From an uncultured virus (IMG/VR IMGVR_UViG_3300032268_001179) (taxonomy: Duplodnaviria; Heunggongvirae; Uroviricota; Caudoviricetes), in IMG/VR virus record IMGVR_UViG_3300032268_001179: a DNA stretch of 64,000 nucleotides; one strand, written 5' to 3'. Shown piece after piece: positions 17,522-27,982 of this stretch. The notes under the pieces were generated by a model, which saw only the letters and a list, made by a program, of their open reading frames with translations, was not told where the DNA came from and did no database searches. Position numbers and translations under genes: made by a program. Every line of letters begins with the position of its first letter. Within the stretch, counting starts at the first letter, position 1.

Positions 17522-17913
17522 GCAAACTGATTTACGTAAATGGATTAGGGTCTGATTATAAAGGACAGAATCTTTACGAATTTATTTTCTCTGATGATTC
17601 AGATGTGTGGGGAGGAGATTGGGACAGTAAACCATCCAATGGATATCCAAGTCCTCCCGACCTACATCACATAAAAAAAGTTGGAGTTCTGAGAAATACT
17701 AATCTAAAGTTGGAATTGATTCAGAACTCCGATTTTTTTTCTATGGAAGATGCAATTGATGATGTCATTGCTTTAGCCTGGGAAACTGATAATGATGAAA
17801 GTCAAAAAAGAATGGTTTTCAGATTTGGGGTTTCCGAACAAGAAATAAAAGACAAACTCTACGAAAGAGATTTGGTATTAGAATTCGAAAAGAAGGTAGT
17901 TTATGAAAATTAA
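17518..17913 (+). CDS. Hypothetical protein
   Basis: 131-aa ORF overlapping both neighbours. Confidence 0.75.
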   Translation: MSKLIYVNGLGSDYKGQNLYEFIFSDDSDVWGGDWDSKPSNGYPSPPDLHHIKKVGVLRNTNLKLELIQNSDFFSMEDAIDDVIALAWETDNDESQKRMVFRFGVSEQEIKDKLYERDLVLEFEKKVVYEN

Positions 17914-18808
17914 CAGAAAAGCATTGGGACTAATTGAAAAGGGTCTGTCCGCACAAACAGTTAGCAAACTGACGGAATCACAAATCAATACGTTATATTC
18001 AAAACTTGTATTATCTGAACAAGTTAAAGAAAAAAAAACATACACAGTCGGGCCTCAAGGAGGGACCTTACCTGCAGATCCTAAAGGTTATGTTGTAAGT
18101 CAAAATCCTAATACTAAGGAAATTATTGCGACTGCGGCTGAAAGCGAACTTGAAGAAGACGTTGAAGTAACAACCGACCCAAACAAAGAAACTGAAACTC
18201 AAGACCCAAAACAAGTGGGTCCTTCATCCGATGATGGATTTGGTGATGAAACTGATGGTATGGGTATGTTTGAAAGTGAAGAAGACCTTAAGCCAGGACA
18301 ACCAAATCCATGGGCAATATGTCACGCTCAGGTTGGTCCTAAAAAGACAAGAAAATTTGAAAGATGTGTAAAATCTGTAAAAAAACAATTGGAAGAAGGA
18401 AAAAATCCTGTATCTTTGTTCATCGAATCTCAAATTTTAAAAATAGTGGAAAAGAACTTACCTCCAAGAATCACTAAAGGTGACTTGTTAAGATATTTGT
18501 CTGAAGCCCCAACAGAAGCTCCTACAAAACCTATAACCAAACCTGGCACCAAACCAACAACAAGACCTTCACACCCTGGTAAAAATCCAAGACCAGGAGA
18601 AGAAATCGCACCTAAAGCTGGTTCTGAACCAACTACAGCGCCAACTAAACCAATTACTAAACCTGGCACAAAACCAACAACAAGACCCTCGCACCCTGGT
18701 AAAAATCCAAGACCAGGAGAAGAAATCGCACCTAAAGCTGGTCGAATATCTCCTGAAGATGCAAAACAAGAAGTAATTGATGTTATCTTAAATTTACTGA
18801 ATAAATAA
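17903..18808 (+). CDS. Hypothetical protein with duplicated Pro/Thr/Lys segment
   Basis: 301 aa, APTKPITKPGTKPTTRPSHPGKNPRPGEEIAPKAG present twice. Confidence 0.75.
   Translation: MKINRKALGLIEKGLSAQTVSKLTESQINTLYSKLVLSEQVKEKKTYTVGPQGGTLPADPKGYVVSQNPNTKEIIATAAESELEEDVEVTTDPNKETETQDPKQVGPSSDDGFGDETDGMGMFESEEDLKPGQPNPWAICHAQVGPKKTRKFERCVKSVKKQLEEGKNPVSLFIESQILKIVEKNLPPRITKGDLLRYLSEAPTEAPTKPITKPGTKPTTRPSHPGKNPRPGEEIAPKAGSEPTTAPTKPITKPGTKPTTRPSHPGKNPRPGEEIAPKAGRISPEDAKQEVIDVILNLLNK
18521..18742 (+). repeat. In-frame direct repeat, period 120 bp
   Basis: 18521-18622 and 18641-18742 differ mainly at synonymous positions. Confidence 0.9.
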
Positions 18809-18809
18809 A

Positions 18810-20087
18810 ATGGCGAAGATTAAAGAACAAATAAACTACGGGGATAGACCCGAAAGAATGGACCCAAGATTGGAATTAAAACTTGGAAGTCCTGAGAGTT
18901 TGTATGCTAAAAACCCAGCAATGAAAAAAGGAGTTGCTGACGTGCAAAGATTAGTAAGTTCAAGATTCGGTAAAGTTGCTGACAAATTGAAACAAGTTAC
19001 TGGAATTGAAGATATTAGTTCTCAGGCGGTTCAGAGTATGATCTTTCAGGAAATGATGAGTAAAGTTCCAATGATCACAAGAATTGAAGGAAGACACAGA
19101 GAGGAATTGGAACAACTTGCAAAGGATGCGTCATTAGAAGAAACTCAAGTTCCTGCAGATTGGTTTACAATCGATGCAATGTTAAATAGATCTTCTATCA
19201 ATACTTCCGATTTCCAATTCACTCCAAAAGAACCAAAGAAAAGTGATGACGAAGAAGAAATGGAAATTCCATCTTTTGATGTTGAGGATTTGACGGATGA
19301 GGAACGAAGAGAACTTGAAATTCATAAAAGAAATATAATCAACGCTATCGTTCAAGGTGCCGCAAAAAAAGGTCATTATATATTTCAAAAACCTGAAATA
19401 AAGGCAAGGCTCGACGAGATTGATCCACAATTATACCCTGCTTATTTGGGTGTTATGGCAATCAATGACTTTTTATACTTTTCAATGGAACAAATGATTG
19501 AAATGATGTCACGTACGGGAAGCGGAGTTGCTGGAAAAGTTAAAATAGTAAATAAAGATGAGGATGAAGATGGTGAAGACGAAGGAGGTGACGAACCTGA
19601 TACAAAAATTGTAGCACAAGGTTTGATATTTCCAATTCTCTGTCACGAAGTCATCAAAGGTATTGAAGAATCTATTGCTAGACATGGTTTACCTGAGGAT
19701 AGAGAAATGTCCCAACAGGTAAGAGGTGTCACCGATGTATTGTCCAATGAACCGATGCAATTAAGAATTGGTCCTGAAATTGTTGAAAAATTACGATTTG
19801 CACTTCCTGATGAGATGTATGATGATGAGAATAAAGGATTGGTTCCTTGGTTCTATTCAATCCTTTACAAAACACCAGCGAAAGAGTTTTTGGAAATTAT
19901 AGGAAATGCTATTTCTGAAGATGAATCCAAAGTAAAAAAGGCGACAGCAAAGTTCAAAGAAATTATGAAAGAAGCTCAAAAGTCTAAGAGTGAATATGAT
20001 GATTTCAAAGGGGAAGAAGGATCCGAAGATGATGAGGATGATGATTTTGATCAGCTTTACAGAGATTTAGGTATCCCAAGACCATAA
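18810..20087 (+). CDS. Hypothetical protein upstream of terminase
   Basis: 425-aa ORF, acidic loops, CHEVIKG motif. Confidence 0.75.
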   Translation: MAKIKEQINYGDRPERMDPRLELKLGSPESLYAKNPAMKKGVADVQRLVSSRFGKVADKLKQVTGIEDISSQAVQSMIFQEMMSKVPMITRIEGRHREELEQLAKDASLEETQVPADWFTIDAMLNRSSINTSDFQFTPKEPKKSDDEEEMEIPSFDVEDLTDEERRELEIHKRNIINAIVQGAAKKGHYIFQKPEIKARLDEIDPQLYPAYLGVMAINDFLYFSMEQMIEMMSRTGSGVAGKVKIVNKDEDEDGEDEGGDEPDTKIVAQGLIFPILCHEVIKGIEESIARHGLPEDREMSQQVRGVTDVLSNEPMQLRIGPEIVEKLRFALPDEMYDDENKGLVPWFYSILYKTPAKEFLEIIGNAISEDESKVKKATAKFKEIMKEAQKSKSEYDDFKGEEGSEDDEDDDFDQLYRDLGIPRP

Positions 20088-20107
20088 TCAAAATAGTTGA
20101 CGAATGT

Positions 20108-21865
20108 GTGAATAAAGAACAACTAATTATAGAATACACGAAGTGCATGAGGAATACCCCTTATGCACTTCGCACTTACTTACAGACATACGACAACACA
20201 GTTTCAAAGTATGTTCCTTTAGAACTTTTTCCTGATCAAGTATCTCTACTTGAGGACTACGAAAAATACAACGAAAATATAGCCTTGAAATACAGACAAG
20301 CTGGTGTGTCCACTGTGACAGCGGCTTGGTCTTCAAAAAAACTTGCTTTTGCAAGAAAAGAAAAACCTGAAAAAGTTCTCATCATTGCCAACAAGTTGGA
20401 TACTTCGGTTGAAATGGCAAACAAGATAAGAGGATTTATTGAACAATGGCCAACTTGGGTTGGGATTGGATTTTCAGTGGAAAAAAATTCACAGAGACAT
20501 TTCAAATTAAACAACGGATGTGAGGTTAAGGCCGTTGCAACATCTAAAGATGCTCTTAGAGGATATACCCCAACTATTTTAATATTTGACGAAGCCGCGT
20601 TCATCGAAGCAGATGGAGACTTCTGGTCAGCCTGTATGGCATCCCTATCTACTGGTGGTAAAGTGATTGTTGTTTCCACTCCAAATGGATATGACCCAAT
20701 CTATTATGAAATTTATGATCAGGCATTACGTAACATGAATGATTTTAAGATTTCTGAAATGTTTTGGTTTCGAGATCCAAGATACACAAAAGATCTTTAC
20801 ATGGTCAAAACTTCAGATTTAGTTCATTTTTTATTAAATCGAGAAGATTATCCACAGGATACTGTAGTTGAGTTGTCAGTAGATAATCCGTATGAGAGAG
20901 ACCATTCAATAGTTCAAGATTATATGGAAAGGGGATACAAACCTTGTTCTTCTTGGTTTGAAGGGATGGTTAAAAAACTTAAATACGACAGAAGGAAAGT
21001 TGCTCAAGAATTGGAATGCAATTTCTTGGGATCAGGTGACAACGTATTTGATTCTGACTTAATGCAGAACATTTCCAAAAACCAATTGAGACCGCCACAA
21101 GCCAAACTTATGGGTAACGCCCTATGGATTTTTAAGGAACCTGTAAATGGCCATAAGTATGTTATGGGAGTTGACGTTTCTCGTGGTGACTCCGAGGATT
21201 TTTCATCAATCCAAATCATCGATTTTGATGAACGGGAACAAGTATTAGAATATGTTGGTAAAGTTCCCCCTGATGTTTTAGCGGAAATTGCTTACAAGTG
21301 GGGAACCATGTATAATGCGTTTTGTGTAATAGACATTACTGGTGGTATGGGAGTTTCAACTGCCAGAAAAATGCAAGAATTACAATATCAACCTGGATTA
21401 TATGTTGATGGAGTTGACACTTCCAACAAATGGAAGTGGGACCCGAAAATAAATGAAAAAATTCCTGGTATCAACTTCAACACAAAAAGAGTACAAATTA
21501 TTGCGGCATTTGAAGAGGGAGTTAGACACGGATTCAAAATATATTCCCATAGAACATATAATGAGATGAATACTTTTGTGTATATCAATGGTAGACCTGA
21601 TCATCAGAAAGGGCAACACGATGATTGTATAATGGGGTTATCTATGGCAATATATATCGCAGAAAAGTCATTTCAATCTTTGACCAAAGTTGTCAACCAT
21701 ACCAAAGCGATGCTAAGTTCTTGGGCAACTGTCGTTAATGAAAACAAGAATACTTCAGATTTTTTCAATCCAATGGTCCCACAGATGGGTAAAGATCCTC
21801 GATTAAATAATAACGGAGCATCCAAGGCTGATTATCAGAAATATGGATGGTTATTTGGGGCCTAA
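20108..21865 (+). CDS. Terminase large subunit (T4 gp17-like)
   Basis: LKYRQAGVST Walker A variant, LIFDEAAF Walker B, VSTPNG, nuclease GVDVSRG and HDDCIM. Confidence 0.95.
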   Translation: MNKEQLIIEYTKCMRNTPYALRTYLQTYDNTVSKYVPLELFPDQVSLLEDYEKYNENIALKYRQAGVSTVTAAWSSKKLAFARKEKPEKVLIIANKLDTSVEMANKIRGFIEQWPTWVGIGFSVEKNSQRHFKLNNGCEVKAVATSKDALRGYTPTILIFDEAAFIEADGDFWSACMASLSTGGKVIVVSTPNGYDPIYYEIYDQALRNMNDFKISEMFWFRDPRYTKDLYMVKTSDLVHFLLNREDYPQDTVVELSVDNPYERDHSIVQDYMERGYKPCSSWFEGMVKKLKYDRRKVAQELECNFLGSGDNVFDSDLMQNISKNQLRPPQAKLMGNALWIFKEPVNGHKYVMGVDVSRGDSEDFSSIQIIDFDEREQVLEYVGKVPPDVLAEIAYKWGTMYNAFCVIDITGGMGVSTARKMQELQYQPGLYVDGVDTSNKWKWDPKINEKIPGINFNTKRVQIIAAFEEGVRHGFKIYSHRTYNEMNTFVYINGRPDHQKGQHDDCIMGLSMAIYIAEKSFQSLTKVVNHTKAMLSSWATVVNENKNTSDFFNPMVPQMGKDPRLNNNGASKADYQKYGWLFGA

Positions 21866-21904
21866 TAACTATTTATATTATCAGGGTAAATAGTAAAATT
21901 ACGT

Positions 21905-23743
21905 ATGGCAGAACAAAACATAACAGTTTGGCAAAGATTATCTCAAACCTTTGGACCGAATTCTCTTCTAAATCAAGATTATCCAACTTTTAAGTTCGAT
22001 AAAAAAGAACTTTTAAGAACTAAAAATCGAGAAGAATATGAAGTAGAAAAACTTCAAGCACAACAAACTTACTACATTGCAAATCAATGGGCGAAGGTTG
22101 AAAACAATCTTTATTCTCAAGCGATCTATTATGAGCCAACTAGATTATCGGCTCAATATGATTATGAGTCAATGGAGTATACTCCTGAAATATCTGCCGC
22201 CTTGGACATATACGCCGAAGAATCCACTACTACAAATGAAGACGGATTTATTGTTCAAATTTATTCAGAATCCAAACGAATCAAAGGGGTCTTAGCTGAT
22301 TTATTCAACAACGCTTTGGACATCAATACCAACTTGCCTATGTGGACAAGAAACACTTGTAAGTATGGTGATAACTTTGTCTATCTTAAACTAGATCCTG
22401 AAAAAGGTGTAGTAGGATGCCAACAATTACCGACTATTGAAATTGAACGTCATGAAGTTGGTGCTAGTGGAAAAATTTCAGTTGATGTTAAAAATGAAGT
22501 TGATAAGGACAAAAAAGCATTACATTTTACTTGGAAAAACAAAAATATGGAATTCCAATCTTGGGAAATTGCTCACTTTAGATTGTTAGGTGACGACAGA
22601 AAACTTCCTTATGGAACTTCTATGTTAGAAAAAGCAAGAAGAATTTGGAAACAACTCCTTTTGTGTGAGGATGCTATGTTAATTTATAGAACTTCAAGAG
22701 CACCAGAACGTAGAATATTCAAAGTGTTTGTAGGTAATATGAACGACGATGATGTGGAAGCATACGTACAGAGAGTCGCCAATAAGTTTAAAAGAGAACA
22801 GATTGTTGATAGTAAAACAGGTAACGTAGACATGAGATTTAATCAAATGGCGGTTGATCAAGATTATTTTATTCCTGTAAGAGACCCTGCAGCACCATCT
22901 CCTATTGACACTTTGGCAGGTGCAACAAACTTGTCAGAAATTGCTGATATTGAATATATACAGAAAAAACTTCTTACAGCGCTTCGTGTTCCAAAAGCAT
23001 TTTTAGGATTTGAAGAAGTTGTTGGTGACGGTAAGAACTTAGCGTTACAAGATATACGATTTGCCAGAACGATCAACAGAATACAAAAGAGTATGTTGGC
23101 CGAAATGAACAAAATTGCGATTGTCCATTTATTTTTGTTAGGATTCGAAGATGAACTTTCAAATTTCACATTAGGATTAAGTAATCCATCAACACAAGCG
23201 GATCTTCTGAAAGTGGATGTGTGGAAGGAAAAAGTTTTACTTTATAAAGATTTGGTTTCGGATCCTGGCAACGGTATACAAGCAACATCATCAACTTGGG
23301 CTAAGAAACACATATTTGGATGGTCAGACGATGAAGTTCGTTTGGATTTACAACAACAAAGAGTTGAAAGAGCTGTGGGAGAAGAATTGAAAGCGACTCC
23401 AACAGTCATTACTAAAACAGGACTATTTGATAACATAGATAAATTATACGGAACGACTACAGGATCAACTGCAACAGCAACTGCAGGTGCGGACACTAGT
23501 CCAGGTGGTATGGAAGAACTAGGACCTCCACCATCCATCGGAGGTGAACCACCATTACCTGAACCTGCGCCAGCTGAGGCTCCACCAGCAGGAGGAGAAG
23601 TAACACCTGAGTCAAGGGAAAAAGACCTTAACATTTTAGTTGAAAGAAACCTAATTCAAGGGTCGGAAATAATAAATTTGGGCCAAGGACAAGATTATTT
23701 GGGAGAAATTTCGAAACATTTAGATAAGTTATTAAATTCCTAA
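21905..23743 (+). CDS. Portal protein (T4 gp20-like)
   Basis: EDAMLIYRTSRAPERRIF, DYFIPVR, IDTLAG, DIEYIQKKL..ALRVP motifs. Confidence 0.95.
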   Translation: MAEQNITVWQRLSQTFGPNSLLNQDYPTFKFDKKELLRTKNREEYEVEKLQAQQTYYIANQWAKVENNLYSQAIYYEPTRLSAQYDYESMEYTPEISAALDIYAEESTTTNEDGFIVQIYSESKRIKGVLADLFNNALDINTNLPMWTRNTCKYGDNFVYLKLDPEKGVVGCQQLPTIEIERHEVGASGKISVDVKNEVDKDKKALHFTWKNKNMEFQSWEIAHFRLLGDDRKLPYGTSMLEKARRIWKQLLLCEDAMLIYRTSRAPERRIFKVFVGNMNDDDVEAYVQRVANKFKREQIVDSKTGNVDMRFNQMAVDQDYFIPVRDPAAPSPIDTLAGATNLSEIADIEYIQKKLLTALRVPKAFLGFEEVVGDGKNLALQDIRFARTINRIQKSMLAEMNKIAIVHLFLLGFEDELSNFTLGLSNPSTQADLLKVDVWKEKVLLYKDLVSDPGNGIQATSSTWAKKHIFGWSDDEVRLDLQQQRVERAVGEELKATPTVITKTGLFDNIDKLYGTTTGSTATATAGADTSPGGMEELGPPPSIGGEPPLPEPAPAEAPPAGGEVTPESREKDLNILVERNLIQGSEIINLGQGQDYLGEISKHLDKLLNS

Positions 23744-23768
23744 TATTTATAGCAAAAAAAATAATAAA

Positions 23769-24467
23769 ATGACCTTTGGAACAGTTAAATCCCTGATAGA
23801 AAACAACCTTTTAGAATCTTACAAGAACGAGTCAGAATTCAAAAAGAGTCTTAGAGAATTCAAGCATAATGTCTTGAGTAATAAATCAATGTCAAGAGCG
23901 TATGCTATATACGATCAACTGAGTTCACCACAGGGATTAAGTGAACAAGATTCCAAAATTTTTATTGAAGAAGGTGTAAGTTTATTAAATAATATTTTAC
24001 CTGCGATTAAGTTACCAACATCTATGTCTCAAAAAATTGAGAATAAATACAAAGATATTGATATGTTAGTTTATAGTAATAATATCAATTTGTTGGAGAG
24101 AGTTGAGGCTAAAAAGAACATTATAAAAATTTTAACCTCTGAAAAAGAATCAATCAAAGAAAGTGTTAATATTCCAATCAGCTCGATGGTCACAGTCGCT
24201 AATCAAACAATTAGTAATTACATAGAATCTTTGGACGAAACCACAAAAAAAGAATTTTTTCAAATAGTTTCTGAAGATTCAAAGACACTAGAAAATAAAT
24301 TCCAAAGTATCAAAGAAAATACAATAACAAAGTTAACAACTATTTTGGAAAACGAGGATTCTCAGGAAATAAAAAATAAAATTTCTGAAACCATAGAAAA
24401 AATTAAAGTTGAAAAATTTGATCAAATAAATTTTTTGAAACTTAAAAATTTAGAAGAATCAATCTAA
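23769..24467 (+). CDS. Hypothetical head-module protein
   Basis: 232-aa helical ORF after the portal. Confidence 0.7.
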   Translation: MTFGTVKSLIENNLLESYKNESEFKKSLREFKHNVLSNKSMSRAYAIYDQLSSPQGLSEQDSKIFIEEGVSLLNNILPAIKLPTSMSQKIENKYKDIDMLVYSNNINLLERVEAKKNIIKILTSEKESIKESVNIPISSMVTVANQTISNYIESLDETTKKEFFQIVSEDSKTLENKFQSIKENTITKLTTILENEDSQEIKNKISETIEKIKVEKFDQINFLKLKNLEESI

Positions 24468-24650
24468 ATTATCTTTTTTACGTTGTATAAATTTTGCCTT
24501 AGAAATCTGTGTTCTTCTGACCACAGATTTTTTTGTAAATTGACGATTATCAAACAAAATTTGATTTTGTTTTGTTTTTACAACTTTTGATTTGAGAGTT
24601 TTGATTGCTCTCTCAATACTTTCACCCTGTTTTATTTTGACGATTAACAT
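24459..24650 (-). CDS. rpsU: Ribosomal protein bS21
   Basis: MLIVKIKQGESIERAIKTLKSK...RQFTKKSVVRR..I.KA.FIQ matches Bacteroidota-type bS21; TATATTTG at 24674-24667 upstream. Confidence 0.9.
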   Translation of the reverse strand: MLIVKIKQGESIERAIKTLKSKVVKTKQNQILFDNRQFTKKSVVRRTQISKAKFIQRKKDNLD

Positions 24651-24750
24651 ATATAAGAAATATCAACAAATATACAAAAAATTTTGACATCAGGATATTT
24701 TATAACTATTTTTATTTGAAAATAAAATAAACTCATACAAAATAGAATAA

Positions 24751-25191
24751 ATGAAAAAAGGGAAAAGTGTGAAACTTAACCTCTATCACCCCATCAAGTC
24801 AATTTATGGAACAGTCGATTCCAAAAACTTGAAATCAGTATATATCAATATACAATCTTGGGTGACTCCAAAAAATGAAGAATACAATTGGACCCGTGTT
24901 GTCAGTAATTTAAATAGAGAAATTAAAAATTCAGTTACAGAATCTATAGACCAAAATATTTTTTTAGACAAAAATATTGTTGACTTAGACCTAAGAACAA
25001 GCGGCATCTCAAAAGGGAAAAAATCATTTTTTAATTTGGAAATAAATCTATATACAACAATAAACACTGATTTTAGGTCCCAAACAATCAAAGAATCTGT
25101 GAAAAATATTGTAAAAACAATTTATCAAAATAACGTTTGTAGAAACCAATATTTTGATTTTTCCATTTCAAAAAAACCTTCTGAAGTTTAA
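24751..25191 (+). CDS. Hypothetical protein
   Basis: 146-aa ORF, YGTVD..NLKSVYINIQSW and IVDLDLRTSG motifs. Confidence 0.75.
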   Translation: MKKGKSVKLNLYHPIKSIYGTVDSKNLKSVYINIQSWVTPKNEEYNWTRVVSNLNREIKNSVTESIDQNIFLDKNIVDLDLRTSGISKGKKSFFNLEINLYTTINTDFRSQTIKESVKNIVKTIYQNNVCRNQYFDFSISKKPSEV

Positions 25192-25228
25192 ACAATGGAA
25201 TTCTGTATATTTATCTAAAAAATATTAA

Positions 25229-25945
25229 ATGAAAAATTTAAGGATTTTAGAAGCCAGTGAATCAGGACACGGCATATTGATTGAAATGGACGCGGGATGG
25301 GTATCTCCGAAAGATATACAAAACATTGAAGTTTTGAAAGAAGCATCAACTTTGGATTATAGAAATCCTTTCGAATTTTATGCAGTTCTTCAGAAATACG
25401 ATACTCCCAACCGAAATGGTAGAACTTACCCTGAAAGGATATTAAAGAGAGAAGCCGATAGATACAAGCAAGCAATCGCAAAAGGATTATCAACTTCAGA
25501 ATTAAATCACCCTGAATCGTCTTTAATTGACTTAGACAGGGTATCTCACATCATCACTGATATATGGTGGGATAAAAATATATTGATGGGTAAATTGAAG
25601 TTATTGACATCACCAGGATTTCATGAAAGAGGTGTTGTTTCAACTAAAGGAGACCAAGCGGCAAATTTAATGAGACAAGGTGTTACTTTGGGGATATCCT
25701 CACGTGGTGTTGGATCTCTAAAAAAAGTAGGGGAAAGAAATGAGGTTCAAGATGATTTTGAATTAATTTGTTTTGATTTAGTTTCATCACCATCAACTCC
25801 AGGTGCGTATTTATTTACCAATCCAGATGAACGAAGCAAATATGAGGAAAATTTGGAAGAAGAAAAAAAATCTAAGCAGACTAACGACTACGTTGAGAAG
25901 TCAGTTGACTTAATGAAAAAATTAACCGATTTTTTGGGAAAATAA
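25229..25945 (+). CDS. Prohead core protease (T4 gp21-like)
   Basis: NRNGRTYP, ELNHP (catalytic His), GISSRGVGS (catalytic Ser), FDLVSSPSTPGA. Confidence 0.95.
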   Translation: MKNLRILEASESGHGILIEMDAGWVSPKDIQNIEVLKEASTLDYRNPFEFYAVLQKYDTPNRNGRTYPERILKREADRYKQAIAKGLSTSELNHPESSLIDLDRVSHIITDIWWDKNILMGKLKLLTSPGFHERGVVSTKGDQAANLMRQGVTLGISSRGVGSLKKVGERNEVQDDFELICFDLVSSPSTPGAYLFTNPDERSKYEENLEEEKKSKQTNDYVEKSVDLMKKLTDFLGK

Positions 25946-25949
25946 AATT

Positions 25950-26159
25950 ATGGACGAAAAATATTTTGTAGCAAAAATTCAGTATGATTTTCCTGATGAA
26001 AATACAGGTAAAATTAAAAAGGTAAGAGAAGAGAAACTGGTGAATGGTTTCTGTGTAACTGATGTCGAGGCAAAGGTTACTAAGAAATACGAAGGATTCA
26101 CTCACGATTGGAGAATTACTTCAGTATCTGAAAGTAAAATTGACGAGGTAATTGACTAA
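25950..26159 (+). CDS. DUF4494-like small protein
   Basis: YFVAKIQY...GKIKKVREEKLV...TDVEAKV resembles Bacteroidota DUF4494. Confidence 0.6.
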   Translation: MDEKYFVAKIQYDFPDENTGKIKKVREEKLVNGFCVTDVEAKVTKKYEGFTHDWRITSVSESKIDEVID

Positions 26160-26182
26160 TTCTATTACGTAGTTCACAAATT

Positions 26183-26212
26183 AAAGTGATTAGGAAACTA
26201 ATCACTTTTTTT
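26183..26212 (+). terminator. Intrinsic terminator
   Basis: AAAGTGATTAG-GAAA-CTAATCACTTTTTTT. Confidence 0.85.
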
Positions 26213-26326
26213 GTTTTATAGGTATTTATGATATAAAACTTAATAAATCTTTGTCAGTAGTATTTGTAAAATGAATTTTTTCATTTTGGATACTATTTAT
26301 ATGGTGAAATAAAAATTATTTTTTTC

Positions 26327-27943
26327 ATGCAAGAAAACAAAAACTTAGTAAAAGAGGCGCTAATTCAAATGAAAAACGTTGAAGAGGCAATCGCCCAAAA
26401 TGCAAAAGGAATACTTGCTTCAACTATGAAGGAAGAAATCAATCAATTAGTAAAAGAATCTCTATCAGAACAAGATATGGAAGATGAGGTTGAATTAGAT
26501 GCAGACATCGATACCGATGTTGATGCTGATAATGAAGATGAAATGGATATGGACATGGAATTTGATATGGACATGGACATGGATTCTGAAGAAAGTCCAA
26601 TCGATTTAACAGATGCCTCTGATGAAGAAATTCTAAAGGTGTTCAAAGCTATGGGTGAAGAAGATGGAATCATTGTCAAAAAAGACGATGAAGAAATCCA
26701 CTTAAAGGATGATGACGCTGATGTAGAATATCTAATCAAGCTTGGTGAGTCTGAGGAAGAATATGAAGAACTAGATGAAATGATGGATTTAGAAGAAATG
26801 GACGAAATGGACGATAAGATGACTGATCAAATTATCGCATCTATTTTCAAAGACGGAAATGTTGGTGATATCGACATGGACCAAGAAGAAGAAGTTATGT
26901 ATGAAATTGAATTCGAAGAAGACGACCTTGAAGAAGGAGAAGATCTTGAAGAAGGAGAAGATCTTGAAGAAGGAGAAGACCTTGAAGAAGGAGAAGACCT
27001 TGAAGAAGGAGAATACATGGATGAAATGGATATGGATGAAATGGACATGGATGAAATGTACATGGATGAAGAAGAAGATTTGGACGAATCTTACAACCAC
27101 AGAAGATCTGTTAGAGAAGCAAAATTAACAATTAAACCTAAAGGTGTTGGATTAGGAAATGGACCTGGTAAACAAACCATTAAACCGACAAAAGGAGGAT
27201 TCAACGAAAAAATGAAAATGGCGAATCCTAAACAGGGGACTGGTAGTGCAACAAAGGCGAAATCTTTCCCTAAAGGTGAAAATACAGATGGTAAGTCAAA
27301 AGTTGTTAAGGCTGAAACAAAAGAGGGTGATTACGGAATGAACAAAGGTGACAAATCTAAAACACACAGTGGTGAAGATTTTACAACCAAAAAAGGTGGC
27401 ACTCTAAAGACAAAAGTTTCCGAAAAGGAAGAAACTAAAGAAGCATCTAGATCTTATGGAATGGGTTCAAAAGAAGGTAGAGGATTGAGAAAGGCCATTA
27501 CACCTAACAGAAACTTTGTTTATGGTAAAAATGGTGTTAGAACAGAATCTACTCAAGAAGAAGTTAATATGTTGAGAGAAAAGAATGAAGAATACAGAAA
27601 AGCATTAAATGTTTTTAGAGAAAAACTTAATGAAGTTGCAATCTTCAATTCAAACTTAGCATATGCTACAAGATTGTTCACTGAACATTCGACTACTAAA
27701 AAAGAAAAAATTAACATTCTTAGAAGATTCGATAATGTAGATACTTTGAAAGAATCAAAAAATCTTTATAAGTCAATTAAAGATGAATTGTCTAATACAG
27801 AATCAACACCAATTAATGAATCAGTCGAAACTAAATTAAACAAGAATGTTTCTACAGGTTCATCAACTACCCTAATTGAATCAAAAACTTATGAGAATCC
27901 TCAATTCTTAAGAATGAAAGATTTGATGAGTAAAATTGGGTAA
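26327..27943 (+). CDS. Prohead scaffold/core protein (gp22-like position)
   Basis: Highly acidic N-half and coiled-coil C-half, located between protease and major capsid. Confidence 0.75.
   Translation: MQENKNLVKEALIQMKNVEEAIAQNAKGILASTMKEEINQLVKESLSEQDMEDEVELDADIDTDVDADNEDEMDMDMEFDMDMDMDSEESPIDLTDASDEEILKVFKAMGEEDGIIVKKDDEEIHLKDDDADVEYLIKLGESEEEYEELDEMMDLEEMDEMDDKMTDQIIASIFKDGNVGDIDMDQEEEVMYEIEFEEDDLEEGEDLEEGEDLEEGEDLEEGEDLEEGEYMDEMDMDEMDMDEMYMDEEEDLDESYNHRRSVREAKLTIKPKGVGLGNGPGKQTIKPTKGGFNEKMKMANPKQGTGSATKAKSFPKGENTDGKSKVVKAETKEGDYGMNKGDKSKTHSGEDFTTKKGGTLKTKVSEKEETKEASRSYGMGSKEGRGLRKAITPNRNFVYGKNGVRTESTQEEVNMLREKNEEYRKALNVFREKLNEVAIFNSNLAYATRLFTEHSTTKKEKINILRRFDNVDTLKESKNLYKSIKDELSNTESTPINESVETKLNKNVSTGSSTTLIESKTYENPQFLRMKDLMSKIG
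26924..27013 (+). repeat. 5 x 18-bp tandem repeat encoding DLEEGE
   Basis: GA(C/T)CTTGAAGAAGGAGAA x5. Confidence 0.95.
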
Positions 27944-27982
27944 AAAATAAAATAAATAAATTAAACAAACTAAAAACTAAAA

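Noticed and set aside
26924..27013. Possible CRISPR array
   Set aside because: Repeats are contiguous with no spacers and in frame within the scaffold gene; no cas genes seen in the window
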